Shown here piece after piece: positions 1-8,399 of a stretch of 24,000 nucleotides of DNA; position 1 is the stretch's first letter; every line of letters starts with the position of its first letter. Made by a program: the position numbers and the translations under genes. The notes below the pieces were generated by a model. The model saw only the letters and a list, made by a program, of their open reading frames with translations, searched no databases and was not told the DNA's origin. Source of the stretch: Alcanivorax sp. (GTDB lineage: Bacteria; Pseudomonadota; Gammaproteobacteria; Pseudomonadales; Alcanivoracaceae); NCBI RefSeq assembly GCF_002733835.1, contig NZ_NVWY01000008.1:58407-82406 (forward strand), in the 5' to 3' direction.

Positions 1-131
1 TCGGCGGCTGGCTGGGCTCCATTACCGGCCTGGGCGGTTCCGTCAGCGGTTTCAGCCTGGGCAGCTTTGTCACTGCCATCGTCGGTGCCCTGGTGCTGCT
101 AGCCCTGTACCGGATGCTGAAGAAGAACTAG
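1..131 (+). CDS. GlsB/YeaQ/YmgE-family (transglycosylase-associated) small membrane protein, C-terminal fragment; the 5' end lies outside the window
   Basis: Frame 3 reads GGWLGSITGLGGSVSGFSLGSFVTAIVGALVLLALYRMLKKN and stops at TAG 129-131. It parallels the remembered E. coli YeaQ C-terminus (GGWISTLFGFGKVDGFNFGSFVVAVIGAIVVLFIYRKIKS). Confidence 0.75.
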   Translation, partial: GGWLGSITGLGGSVSGFSLGSFVTAIVGALVLLALYRMLKKN

Positions 132-183
132 CGCGCCTGATGCCATGAGCGTCATGCATCCGGCATCCAGCGTCCGGCGCTCC

Positions 184-227
184 AACAAAAAAGCCGCTTC
201 CTTTTCGGGAAGCGGCTTTTTTGTTGG
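184..227. terminator. Bidirectional rho-independent terminator shared by the convergent yeaQ-like gene and the rplS operon
   Basis: The stem AAGCCGCTTCC (191-201) pairs with GGAAGCGGCTT (208-218). It is flanked by an A-run on the left and a T-run on the right, so either transcript ends in a U-tract. Confidence 0.8.
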
Positions 228-314
228 AGCAATCTACCGGGCCAGAGGTTGATTTCGCATGCCCTACAGCAAAGGCTAAACCAACATTCGCTCGCGGTAG
301 AAGGAATCCGCAAA

Positions 315-671
315 CTACCGGATTTTTTCTTTGATCCGTGCGGACTTACCAGAGCGATCACGCAGGTAGTAAAGCTTGGCGCGGCTCACATCACCACGAC
401 GGTTCACCTGGATGGAATCGATCAGCGGGCTATGCAGCTGGAATACACGCTCAACGCCCACACCGTGAGAGATCTTGCGCACGGTAAATGCAGAGTTCAG
501 GCCACGGTTACGACGGGCGATAACCACACCCTGGAACGCCTGCAGACGCTCACGGGTGCCTTCCTTTACTTTCACTTGCACGGTGACAGTGTCACCGGCG
601 CCGAATTCCGGTACTTCGGTTTTCAGCTGGGCATTTTCGATGCCCTGGATAATAAGGTTCTTGCCACTCAT
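315..671 (-). CDS. rplS: 50S ribosomal protein L19
   Basis: The 118-aa ORF ([16 protein letters not shown]...[43 protein letters not shown]...) is a typical L19. It is the last gene of the conserved rpsP-rimM-trmD-rplS operon. Confidence 0.97.
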   Translation of the reverse strand: MSGKNLIIQGIENAQLKTEVPEFGAGDTVTVQVKVKEGTRERLQAFQGVVIARRNRGLNSAFTVRKISHGVGVERVFQLHSPLIDSIQVNRRGDVSRAKLYYLRDRSGKSARIKEKIR

Positions 672-681
672 GGCAGTGCTC

Positions 682-1479
682 CTAATCAGAGTTTTTTGCT
701 GTATGCGACGGCTGCTCGGCGATGTATTCGTCCAGCAGCTGTTGCTCTTCGTTGCTCAAGCCCCGCGCCCGGCGGGCCTCCAGCAGGTCCGGACGCTGTT
801 GCCAGGTCCGCCCCAGCGCCTGTTTAAGGCGCCAGCGGCGAATCAGCTCGTGATTGCCGCTGAGCAGTACCGGCGGCACTGCCTGCTCGCCATACACCTC
901 CGGGCGGGTGTAATGCGGGCAATCGAGCAGGTTTTCGAAGTCACCCGAAAAAGAGTCCTGCTCGGCGGAATCCTGGTGACCCAGCACTCCGGGAATCAAT
1001 CGGCTGACCGCATCGATCAGCACCAGCGCCGGCAATTCGCCGCCGCTTAGCACGTAGTCGCCGATGGATATCTGCTCATCCACCTCGGCATCGAGCAACC
1101 GCTCGTCTACGCCCTCGTAGCGCCCCGCCAGCAAAATCAGGCCGGGCTGCTCCGCCAACGCTGCGGCCTTGGCCTGGGTCAGCGGCTGTCCTTGCGGGGA
1201 CAGGTAAATCACTTTCGCTGCCGGGTTGGCAGTGCGTGCAGCCTGCAAGGCTTTCGCCAGCGGCTCCACCTTCATCACCATGCCGGGGCCGCCACCAAAA
1301 GGGCGATCGTCCACGGTGCGGTGGCGGTCTTCAGTGAAATCCCGAGGATTCACCGTTTCCACCTGCAGCTGGCCGTTTTCCACGGCCCGCCGGGTCACGC
1401 CGAAGTCAGTAATCGCCTGCGCCATCTCCGGAAACAGTGTAACCAGAGTGACGGCAAACGGAGGCTTCGCCGCCATCAT
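682..1479 (-). CDS. trmD: tRNA (guanine37-N1)-methyltransferase TrmD
   Basis: The 265-aa ORF carries [19 protein letters not shown] and YEGVDERL motifs. Its start abuts the rimM stop (TAA at 1482-1480, then ATG), and its operon position is conserved. Confidence 0.95.
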   Translation of the reverse strand: MMAAKPPFAVTLVTLFPEMAQAITDFGVTRRAVENGQLQVETVNPRDFTEDRHRTVDDRPFGGGPGMVMKVEPLAKALQAARTANPAAKVIYLSPQGQPLTQAKAAALAEQPGLILLAGRYEGVDERLLDAEVDEQISIGDYVLSGGELPALVLIDAVSRLIPGVLGHQDSAEQDSFSGDFENLLDCPHYTRPEVYGEQAVPPVLLSGNHELIRRWRLKQALGRTWQQRPDLLEARRARGLSNEEQQLLDEYIAEQPSHTAKNSD

Positions 1480-2046
1480 TTAAAAGTCCGGGTCCCAATC
1501 CACTGTCATCTCACCCTCTGCAAGGCTGATGGCAGTAATCACGTCATCCGGGAGCCAGGGAATCAGGCGTTCACGCCGATCCAGGCTATTGCTGTCACCG
1601 CGAACCACGACCACATCATTGGCACCGGTTTCCAGCATTCGCGTCACCTTGCCCAGGTCCATGCCATTCACATGCCTTACCCGCAGGCCAATCAGATCAC
1701 GCCAGTAGTACTCACCTTGCCCAGACTGTGGCAGCAAATCCGCGGGTACGCCGATCTCCTGCCCCACCAGGGCCGCTGCTGCGTCCCGGTCGGCAATGCC
1801 TTCCAGTTGCGCAATCAGGCCTTTGCCCTGGGGGCGAAAACCGGTCACTTTCACCGGTTTCCACTCTCCACCCGGGCCACCCTGTTTCAGATGCCAGGGC
1901 TGGTACTGCTGGAGGTTGTCCATCGGATCGGTATGGGAATACACCTTTACCCACCCTTTGACGCCGTGCACCCCGAGGATGCGGCCGACGACCTCCAGCG
2001 TAGAGGACGCGCCCTCTTCAGAAGAGGATTGTCCCCGCTGTGCCAT
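1480..2046 (-). CDS. rimM: Ribosome maturation factor RimM (16S rRNA processing)
   Basis: The 188-aa ORF contains VVGRILGVHGVKGWVKVYSHTD and a PRC-barrel-like C-terminus. Its ATG overlaps the rpsP stop (TGATG at 2048-2044). Confidence 0.92.
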   Translation of the reverse strand: MAQRGQSSSEEGASSTLEVVGRILGVHGVKGWVKVYSHTDPMDNLQQYQPWHLKQGGPGGEWKPVKVTGFRPQGKGLIAQLEGIADRDAAAALVGQEIGVPADLLPQSGQGEYYWRDLIGLRVRHVNGMDLGKVTRMLETGANDVVVVRGDSNSLDRRERLIPWLPDDVITAISLAEGEMTVDWDPDF

Positions 2047-2294
2047 CAGGCTGCCTTACGGGCCTGCTTGGCAAGGGACTTAACACGATCAGACAGCTGT
2101 GCACCCTTGGCAACCCAGGCGTCCAGGCTTTCCAGGTTCAGCTTGAGAGGGATTTCACCGCCACGGGCGATGGGGTTGTAGAAACCCAGTTGCTCGATGA
2201 AACGGCCATCACGGGCGTTACGGCTATCGGCAACAACGATGCTGTAGAACGGGCGCTTCTTGGAACCGCCGCGAGCGAGACGAATAATTACCAT
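2046..2294 (-). CDS. rpsP: 30S ribosomal protein S16
   Basis: The 82-aa [44 protein letters not shown] is a canonical S16 N-terminus. Confidence 0.97.
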   Translation of the reverse strand: MVIIRLARGGSKKRPFYSIVVADSRNARDGRFIEQLGFYNPIARGGEIPLKLNLESLDAWVAKGAQLSDRVKSLAKQARKAA

Positions 2295-2414
2295 GGTTTA
2301 CGTACCTTTTTATCAATCCGGTTTCCCGGCCCGGCCATCGAAAAGAACGGCCTGACCATCGTATCCGCTTGAAAGCCACCCGTGAAAAGCACGGAGAGGC
2401 CGCGAAGGGCGCGA

Positions 2415-2443
2415 ATTATACAGGCAGTTGCAGCCCGCAACAA
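2415..2443 (-). promoter_or_regulatory. Candidate sigma70 promoter of the rpsP operon
   Basis: The minus strand reads TTGTTG (2443-2438), a 17-nt spacer, then TATAAT (2420-2415). This lies about 120 nt upstream of the rpsP ATG. It is a motif match only. Confidence 0.35.
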
Positions 2444-2476
2444 GCACTTCGCAAATACCAAACGCTCCGGAGCACC

Positions 2477-2577
2477 TGTAGGAGCGGCGCTTGAGCCGCG
2501 AACCGTGCGATAGCACGACAAAGCCCACCAATTACCTCGCTGAGGCTCGGATTCGCGGCTCAAGCGCCGCTCCTACA
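2477..2577. repeat. REP/MITE-like element: a perfect 26-bp inverted repeat with a 49-bp spacer
   Basis: TGTAGGAGCGGCGCTTGAGCCGCGAA at 2477-2502 is the exact reverse complement of 2552-2577. The element is intergenic between ffh and rpsP. Confidence 0.7.
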
Positions 2578-2593
2578 AAACCCCTTACCCCAA

Positions 2594-2648
2594 ACGCAAC
2601 GCGGGCAGAGAGGTGGAGTCCCCACCCGCTCTGCCCGCGTTGTTGCGT
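2594..2648 (-). terminator. Possible ffh 3' hairpin (imperfect, no U-tract)
   Basis: ACGCAACGCGGGCAGAG (2594-2610) pairs with CTCTGCCCGCGTT..GCGT (2629-2648), about 30 nt downstream of the ffh stop. The sequence after the hairpin on the minus strand is not U-rich. Confidence 0.35.
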
Positions 2649-2677
2649 GAAGCATGCCGCGTGATGCGTGCACGGCC

Positions 2678-4096
2678 TCACATCGGCGGCATGCCGCCTG
2701 GGCCGCCCATGCCGCCCGGGGGCATGCCACCACCCGGACCACCCTGGCCGCCGCCCATCATGCCTTCCATGCCTCGCATCATGTTCTTCATGCCACCCTT
2801 GGTGCGCATCTTCTTCATCATCTTGGCCATCATCTTCTGCTGCTTGATGAGGCGGTTCAGGTCCTGAATCTCCAGACCGGCGCCAGCGACAATGCGCTTC
2901 TTGCGAGAGCCTTTAAGCAGATCCGGGTTACGGCGCTCTTTGGGGGTCATGGAATCAATCAGGGCTTCCATGTGCTTCATCTGTTTCATGGCGGCCGGAT
3001 CCTGGGCCGCTTCCATCATCCCGCCCATGCCCGGCAACTTGTCGAGCAGGCCGGCCATGCCGCCCATATTACGCATCTGCTGGAACTGGTCCTTGAGGTC
3101 CTCGAAGTCCATCGCCTTGCCTTTCTTGAACTTCTTGGCGATTTTTTCGGCTTTCTTCTTGTCCAGTTTGCGCTCGGCTTCTTCCACCAGGGAGAGCACG
3201 TCGCCCATGCCGAGAATCCGGCTGGCGATACGATCCGGGTGGAACGGCTCCAGGGCATCGGTCTTCTCGCCCATACCGATGAACTTGATCGGCTTACCGG
3301 TGAGCTGACGCACAGACAGCGCCGCCCCCCCGCGGGAATCACCGTCAGCCTTGGTGAGGATCACACCGGTGAGCGGCAGCGCTTCATTAAAGGCCTGGGC
3401 GGTGTTGGCCGCATCCTGACCGGTCATGGCGTCCACCACGAACAGGGTTTCCACCGGGCTGATGGCCCCGTGCAGGCGCTTGATCTCGCTCATCATGTCT
3501 TCGTCGACATGCAGACGGCCCGCAGTATCGACGATCAGCACGTCCATATAACGACGGCGGGCTTCTTCCAGCGCCGCATTGGCAATATCCACCGGATCCT
3601 GGTCGCCGGTGGACGGGAAGAAGTTGGTCTCCACTTCCCCCGCCAGGGTTTTCAGCTGCTCGATAGCGGCCGGGCGGTAGACGTCAGCGGACACCACCAT
3701 GACTTTCTTTTTCTCACGCTCCTGCAGGAAACGCGCGAGCTTGGCCACGGAGGTGGTTTTACCGGCACCCTGCAGGCCCGCCATCAGAATAATGGCCGGC
3801 GGCTTGGTGGCCAGATCCAGGGCGTCGTTGGCATCGCCCATGGTGTGAACCAGCTCGTCGTTGACGATCTTCACAAACGCCTGGCCCGGGTTCAGGCTCT
3901 GCAGCACTTCTTGCCCCAGGGCCTTTTCCTTTACCTGCTCGACAAACTCTTTCACCACCGGCAAGGCCACATCGGCCTCCAGCAGTGCCTTGCGCACTTC
4001 GCGCAGGGTGTCGCGGATATTGTCTTCGGTCAGCGAACCCTGACCTGCCAGGTTTTTAAGCGACGATCCCAACCGATCGGTGAGATTCTCGAACAT
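2678..4096 (-). CDS. ffh: Signal recognition particle protein Ffh
   Basis: The ORF has the N/G domain (MFENLTDRL..., GLQGAGKTT, DTAGRL, TKADGD) and a Met-rich M domain. I place the start at ATG 4096-4094, which is preceded by GGAGGT. The 31-codon upstream extension in the ORF track has no Ffh-like sequence. Confidence 0.95.
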   Translation of the reverse strand: MFENLTDRLGSSLKNLAGQGSLTEDNIRDTLREVRKALLEADVALPVVKEFVEQVKEKALGQEVLQSLNPGQAFVKIVNDELVHTMGDANDALDLATKPPAIILMAGLQGAGKTTSVAKLARFLQEREKKKVMVVSADVYRPAAIEQLKTLAGEVETNFFPSTGDQDPVDIANAALEEARRRYMDVLIVDTAGRLHVDEDMMSEIKRLHGAISPVETLFVVDAMTGQDAANTAQAFNEALPLTGVILTKADGDSRGGAALSVRQLTGKPIKFIGMGEKTDALEPFHPDRIASRILGMGDVLSLVEEAERKLDKKKAEKIAKKFKKGKAMDFEDLKDQFQQMRNMGGMAGLLDKLPGMGGMMEAAQDPAAMKQMKHMEALIDSMTPKERRNPDLLKGSRKKRIVAGAGLEIQDLNRLIKQQKMMAKMMKKMRTKGGMKNMMRGMEGMMGGGQGGPGGGMPPGGMGGPGGMPPM

Positions 4097-4321
4097 GGGT
4101 CTACCTCCAAATGCACCATGTCTGCGGCCAGGCGTGCTTGCCGCAGTGACAGGGGCGCGATTATAGCCTTCCTTGGGCACCAACGTCATGGGCCATGGCC
4201 TTCAGCAAGATGCCCGCAGCACAAAATGAGAATGATTGTTGATAGATAACTGGCGGCTATGCCAGACTTCGGCGGGCTTGGCCCGCAATTTTCGGGCACC
4301 TACTTCGGATAACAACGACTT

Positions 4322-5122
4322 ATGAACTTTTCCGTGATCACCGGTTTCGCGGCGTTTGTTTTGTATCTCGCGGCCTGCCTGATCCTGTATCGGCAATTCC
4401 GCGGGCAGACGGTACCGTCCCGGGCCAGCATCCTGATACCCGGCACCCTGGCCGTTATCGCCCATGCCGCCAGCCTCTGGCAGGTGATGCTCACCACAGC
4501 CGGGTTGCAGCTGGGCCTGTTTCCGGTTGCCTCCGCCGTGGCCATGACCGGGGCCGCCGTGGTCGTCGTATCCAGCCTGTATCGCCCTTTCGAGTGGATT
4601 TCAGCGTTAGTCTACCCTTTTGCCGCGTGCACCATTCCCGCCATGCTGTGGGTCAGTACCGGCTACACTGCCCACCCGCTGGCCCACGGCCTGGGGGTAC
4701 ATGTCCTGTTTTCCATTGTTGCCTACGCTGTGCTGGCGCTGGCCGCCTGCCAGGCGATTCTGCTCTGGATTCAGGACCGTCAACTCAAGAGCGGCCATAT
4801 CCGTGGCGTCATGCGGCTTTTTCCACCGATTCAGGTCATGGAGTCCATGCTGTTCGAGGCGATCTGGCTGGGCGAAATCCTGTTGACCGTTGCCATCTTC
4901 AGCGGCTTTCTTTACGTGGATAATCTGTTTGCCCAGCATCTGATGCACAAAACCGTGCTGACCCTGGTGTCCTGGGTAGTATTCGCCACTCTGCTCGGCG
5001 GCCGCTATCTGCGAGGCTGGCGGGGGCGCACCGCCATTCGCTTCACCCTCAGTGGTTTTGCAGTCTTGCTGGTGGCCTTCTTCGGCAGTCAGCTGGTGCT
5101 GGAATTCATCCTGAAACGCTGA
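4322..5122 (+). CDS. ypjD: YpjD/CcsA-like cytochrome c assembly family inner-membrane protein
   Basis: The 266-aa polytopic membrane ORF is divergent from ffh, as in E. coli. The C-terminal GWRGR...FFGSQLV resembles remembered YpjD (GWRGRR...LAYFGSRIV). Confidence 0.8.
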   Translation: MNFSVITGFAAFVLYLAACLILYRQFRGQTVPSRASILIPGTLAVIAHAASLWQVMLTTAGLQLGLFPVASAVAMTGAAVVVVSSLYRPFEWISALVYPFAACTIPAMLWVSTGYTAHPLAHGLGVHVLFSIVAYAVLALAACQAILLWIQDRQLKSGHIRGVMRLFPPIQVMESMLFEAIWLGEILLTVAIFSGFLYVDNLFAQHLMHKTVLTLVSWVVFATLLGGRYLRGWRGRTAIRFTLSGFAVLLVAFFGSQLVLEFILKR

Positions 5123-5258
5123 CAGGCAACACCCCTCACGCAGCACGCTTTTGCGTGCCCGGCGTGGGCCTGATGCATATAGCTTACCTCTCTCCTTGAC
5201 ACCCCAACCCCCCGGCCCGAACAATAGCGGGCCGACTGGCGGATAAACGATATTTCCT

Positions 5259-6515
5259 TTGGATACCTACTCTGACGGGTGGCTGATTGGCGCCCTGATT
5301 ATTCTGATTCTGGCCTCTGCGTTCTTCTCCAGCAGTGAAACCGGCATGGTGGCCATTAACCGCTACCGCCTTCGACATCTGGCCCGTCAGGGACAAAAAG
5401 CGGCCAGCCGGGTGGAAGCCCTGCTCAAACGCACGGACCGGCTGCTGTCCGTGATCCTCATTGGCAACAACTTCGTCAATAACTTTGCCGCCACCGTGGC
5501 CGCTATTCTGGCGATTCGCTGGCTGGGCGACAGCGGCGCCGCTGTGGCACCGGTGGTGATTACCATCATCATGCTGGTTTTCGCGGAGATCACCCCGAAA
5601 ACCTACGCCGCCATGCGCCCGGAGCGAGTCGCATTTCCTGCCAGCCTGGTCCTCAAGCCGCTACAAGTTCTGCTGGCGCCGCTGGTGTGGATGGTCAACG
5701 GGGTCAGCAGCATGCTGTTGCGTCTGGCGGGCATTCGCCCCAACGAGCAGGATGAGGACCACCTGAGCCCGGAAGAACTTCGTACCGTGGTCAATGAAGC
5801 CGGCGGGCTGATTCCCGAGAATCACCAGAAAATGCTGCTCAACATTCTCGATCTGGAGACCGTGACGGTGGAAGACATCATGGTCCCCCGAAACGAAATG
5901 GTCGGGATTGATCTGGATGACGACATGCACGACATCCTCACTACCCTGCGCTCCAGCCAGCATACCCGGCTGCCGGTCTTCAACGGCGACCCGAACAACA
6001 TGATCGGCCTGCTGCACCTGCGCAAACTCAGCCGCTTGCTGCTCAAGGAAGACATCAACAAGGCTGAGCTGATGCAGTACACGGTGGAGCCCTACTTCGT
6101 GCCGGAAGCCACCTCCCTGCACCAGCAGCTGATCAACTTCCAGAATGCCAAACGCCGCATCGGCATTGTCGTGGATGAGTATGGCGACGTGCAGGGCCTG
6201 GTCACCCTGGAAGATATTCTCGAAGAAATCGTTGGCGAGTTCACCACCGACCTGGCCGCCACCAGCCAGGACATCCATCCCCAGGACGATGGCAGCTTCG
6301 TGATCGACGGCTCCTCCACCCTGCGCGACATCAACCGCGCCCTGCAATGGGAACTGCCCACCGATGGCCCCAAGACCCTGAACGGCTTGATTCTGGAGTA
6401 CCTTCAGGATATCCCCGACGCCAACATCTCGATAAAGATTGAGCAGTATCTGATCGAAATCTTGCAGGTGAAGGACAATATGGTGAAAGCGGTGAGAGCA
6501 AGGAAGGCGAGTTAA
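5259..6515 (+). CDS. corB: HlyC/CorC-family transporter (DUF21 membrane domain + CBS pair + CorC_HlyC C-terminal domain), CorB/YfjD-like
   Basis: The 418-aa ORF has an N-terminal SSSETG...ILIGNN..EITPK DUF21 pattern and central CBS-like repeats (VEDIMVPRNEM..., GIVVDEYGDVQGLVTLEDILEEIVGE). It has a TTG start at 5259 and synteny with ypjD/ffh. Confidence 0.88.
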   Translation: MDTYSDGWLIGALIILILASAFFSSSETGMVAINRYRLRHLARQGQKAASRVEALLKRTDRLLSVILIGNNFVNNFAATVAAILAIRWLGDSGAAVAPVVITIIMLVFAEITPKTYAAMRPERVAFPASLVLKPLQVLLAPLVWMVNGVSSMLLRLAGIRPNEQDEDHLSPEELRTVVNEAGGLIPENHQKMLLNILDLETVTVEDIMVPRNEMVGIDLDDDMHDILTTLRSSQHTRLPVFNGDPNNMIGLLHLRKLSRLLLKEDINKAELMQYTVEPYFVPEATSLHQQLINFQNAKRRIGIVVDEYGDVQGLVTLEDILEEIVGEFTTDLAATSQDIHPQDDGSFVIDGSSTLRDINRALQWELPTDGPKTLNGLILEYLQDIPDANISIKIEQYLIEILQVKDNMVKAVRARKAS

Positions 6516-6680
6516 GTTGACAGTTGATAGTGGAAAGTTGACAGCTGCGCGATCAAAATTCCTGTTTTCTTAAAGCAATGAGGCCGCGCCCAACCTTTTT
6601 GAGCGCGGCCTCTTGCGTTTCAAGATAACCCCTACGGTTAACGCGCAGCTGTCAGCTGTCAGCTTTCCACTGTCAACTGC
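6515..6680. repeat. Composite palindromic element: two inverted heptad arrays flanking the central terminator
   Basis: The left arm (6517-6551) is TTGACAG TTGATAG TGGAAAG TTGACAG CTGCGCG. The right arm (6642-6679) is CGCGCAG CTGTCAG CTGTCAG CTTTCCA CTGTCAA CTG, which is the complement of the same heptad vocabulary. Confidence 0.65.
6580..6620. terminator. Bidirectional intrinsic terminator between the convergent corB-like and rssA-like genes
   Basis: GAGGCCGCGC (6580-6589) pairs with GCGCGGCCTC (6603-6612). It is followed by TTGCGTTT on the plus strand and by ATTGCTTTAAGAAAA on the minus strand. Confidence 0.7.
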
Positions 6681-6683
6681 CCT

Positions 6684-7613
6684 TCAAACCCGATCCGCGA
6701 TCGGCGACCCAACCCAGGCGAGAATATCGGCCTCGTAGCGCTTCACCAACGCACGCCCTTCGGCGATGGCTTCCTTGGCACGGTGAAAATCCATCAGCGC
6801 GAAGTCTTCCAGCATTGGCACCAGCGTCACTTCAGGCGGATCGCCAGCCATACGCGAGCGGGTAATGCGGTCCTGCATGATATTGATGCTGGACGCCACC
6901 ACATCGAAAAAACCCGGATCCTGACCGTCCCCTGAAGCAAAGTAATCCATCATTTTCTGCCAGATACTGCGCTCTTCAGCGGTGCCTTCCTCTCCCTCTG
7001 CCTGGCTGCGTGTGTCCCGGGACAGATGGGCGCCCACCAACTGGGCATTGAGATTCACCGCGATCACCACATCTGCGCCCATGGCGCGAGCGGCAGACAC
7101 AGGAACCGGATTCACCAGGCCACCATCCAACATCCAGCGCCCCTGCATCTTCACTGGAGAAAACAGCCCCGGCAAGGCACAGGATGCCCGCGCGGCATCC
7201 AGCATCCGCCCTTTGGTTATCCAGACTTCGCGGCCACTTTTCATGTCTGTGGCCACGGTGACCAGCTTCTTGTCCAGGGTCTCGATTTCCGGATTTTCAT
7301 GGTGGTCCTGAAAGAAGCTGAACAGCTTTTCCCCTTTCACCATGCCGCCGGAAAAGCTGATATCCAGCAGACCAAACACATCCTTGACCGTCAGGGACTC
7401 CACCCAGTCGGCAAAGGCATTGAGCGTGCCGGTCACATAGGCGCCCCCTACCAATGCGCCAATGGATGTTCCGGCCACCACCTGTGGCTGCACACCGATT
7501 TCTTCCAGCGCCTGGATGATCCCAATATGCGCCCAGCCGCGGGCGGAACCACTGCCTAACGCCAACCCGACAACGGGCCGCACCGGCTCCTGGCTACCAA
7601 TCTGTGTTGTCAT
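6684..7613 (-). CDS. rssA: Patatin-like phospholipase (RssA family)
   Basis: The 309-aa ORF has an oxyanion GSGSARG, the nucleophile elbow GTSIG (GXSXG), and a catalytic DGG (MLDGGLVNPVPV). Confidence 0.85.
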   Translation of the reverse strand: MTTQIGSQEPVRPVVGLALGSGSARGWAHIGIIQALEEIGVQPQVVAGTSIGALVGGAYVTGTLNAFADWVESLTVKDVFGLLDISFSGGMVKGEKLFSFFQDHHENPEIETLDKKLVTVATDMKSGREVWITKGRMLDAARASCALPGLFSPVKMQGRWMLDGGLVNPVPVSAARAMGADVVIAVNLNAQLVGAHLSRDTRSQAEGEEGTAEERSIWQKMMDYFASGDGQDPGFFDVVASSINIMQDRITRSRMAGDPPEVTLVPMLEDFALMDFHRAKEAIAEGRALVKRYEADILAWVGSPIADRV

Positions 7614-7819
7614 GGCTTTTTCTCCTTGCGCACCACACAGGGGGCCGGCTCGCCGTTCATTCGCTGATCAATACGGCGAAACACCTCTCGCTTTTCGTCA
7701 TCCGAGAGCAGCCCCCAGATGGAGATTTCCCCGCCGGTACGGAAACAGCCCACACAAATATCATCTTCATCCAGTGCGCAGATCGACACACACGGCGACA
7801 CCAGTTGCCTGTCAGTCAT
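7610..7819 (-). CDS. DUF1289 family small Cys-rich protein (YdhL-like)
   Basis: SPCVSICALDEDDICVGCFRTGGEISIW is the DUF1289 cysteine pattern. I chose ATG 7819-7817 (MTDRQL...), which overlaps the upstream stop by 8 nt. The stop overlaps the rssA start as ATGA. Confidence 0.72.
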   Translation of the reverse strand: MTDRQLVSPCVSICALDEDDICVGCFRTGGEISIWGLLSDDEKREVFRRIDQRMNGEPAPCVVRKEKKP

Positions 7820-8348
7820 GGAAGCGTTCGTCCACCTCCAGGTGTTGATCGAATTCTTTGGCATGGGCAACGTAATGCATGCTGCCCATGGTCAGCATGG
7901 CCTTGTGCCCTTCACCAATTTCCTTCACCACCTTGGCCGGAGACCCCATCACCAGGGAGTTGTCCGGAATTTTCATTCCTTCCGGCACCAGCGAATTGGC
8001 GCCGATAATGCAGTTATTGCCGATAACGGCCTTGTTGAGCACCACCGCGTTGATACCAATAAGACTGTTATCGCCCACGGTACAGCCATGCAGCATGACC
8101 TTGTGGCCCACGGTCACGTCCCGACCCAGCTTCATGGGTACGCCCGGATCCACGTGCAGCACTGCACCGTCCTGAATGTTGGTATTTTCACCGATTTCGA
8201 TCACGTCGTTATCGGCCCGCAACACCGCGTTGAACCAGATACTGCTGTTGGCTTCCATGATCACCGAACCAATGACGGTGGCGTTGTCTGCGATCCAGTG
8301 ACCACTACCACGCTGCTCCAGGCGGCGCTCACCAATTTTGTAAATCAT
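7812..8348 (-). CDS. Gamma-class carbonic anhydrase family / hexapeptide-repeat protein (YrdA/PaaY-like)
   Basis: The 178-aa ORF shows left-handed beta-helix hexapeptide periodicity (IGENTNIQDGAVLH..., VTVGHKVMLHGCTVGDNSLIGINAVV...) and conserved His residues. Confidence 0.88.
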   Translation of the reverse strand: MIYKIGERRLEQRGSGHWIADNATVIGSVIMEANSSIWFNAVLRADNDVIEIGENTNIQDGAVLHVDPGVPMKLGRDVTVGHKVMLHGCTVGDNSLIGINAVVLNKAVIGNNCIIGANSLVPEGMKIPDNSLVMGSPAKVVKEIGEGHKAMLTMGSMHYVAHAKEFDQHLEVDERFHD

Positions 8349-8399
8349 TCGACTCCCCTTTGTTTTCTCATGCCAGGCAGAGGGTTAACAGGCAGAAAA

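Noticed and set aside
1192-2181. 329-aa plus-strand ORF across trmD/rimM, and plus-strand ORFs at 249-827 and 475-1050
   Set aside because: They are antisense to the conserved ribosomal operon genes and have no recognisable motifs.
2678-2830. Met/Gly/Pro low-complexity tail at the Ffh C-terminus (..GGGQGGPGGGMPPGGMGGPGGMPPM)
   Set aside because: Met- and Gly-rich, variable-length C-terminal tails are a known feature of the Ffh M domain. It is not evidence of a frameshift or fusion.
4097-4189. 31-codon N-terminal extension of the ffh ORF
   Set aside because: Ffh proteins begin MFENLT.... ATG 4096 has a GGAGGT RBS, and the extension (MTLVPKEGYNRAPV...) is not Ffh-like.
2654-4249. 531-aa plus-strand ORF covering the whole ffh region
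   Set aside because: It lies exactly antisense to a clearly recognisable Ffh. Its translation is low-complexity (H/A/G/L-rich) with no family resemblance. This is a typical shadow ORF of GC-rich DNA.
5137-5167. Hairpin CACGC-A-GCACGC-TTTT-GCGTGC-CCG-GCGTG after the ypjD-like gene, as a terminator
   Set aside because: The stem is short and interrupted and no U-tract follows. The downstream corB-like gene is co-oriented only 136 bp away, so the genes may be co-transcribed. This is too weak to list as a feature.
5661-6347. 228-aa minus-strand ORF inside the corB-like gene, and a 234-aa minus-strand ORF at 21948-22652 inside mltF
   Set aside because: These are antisense shadow ORFs of well-supported genes.
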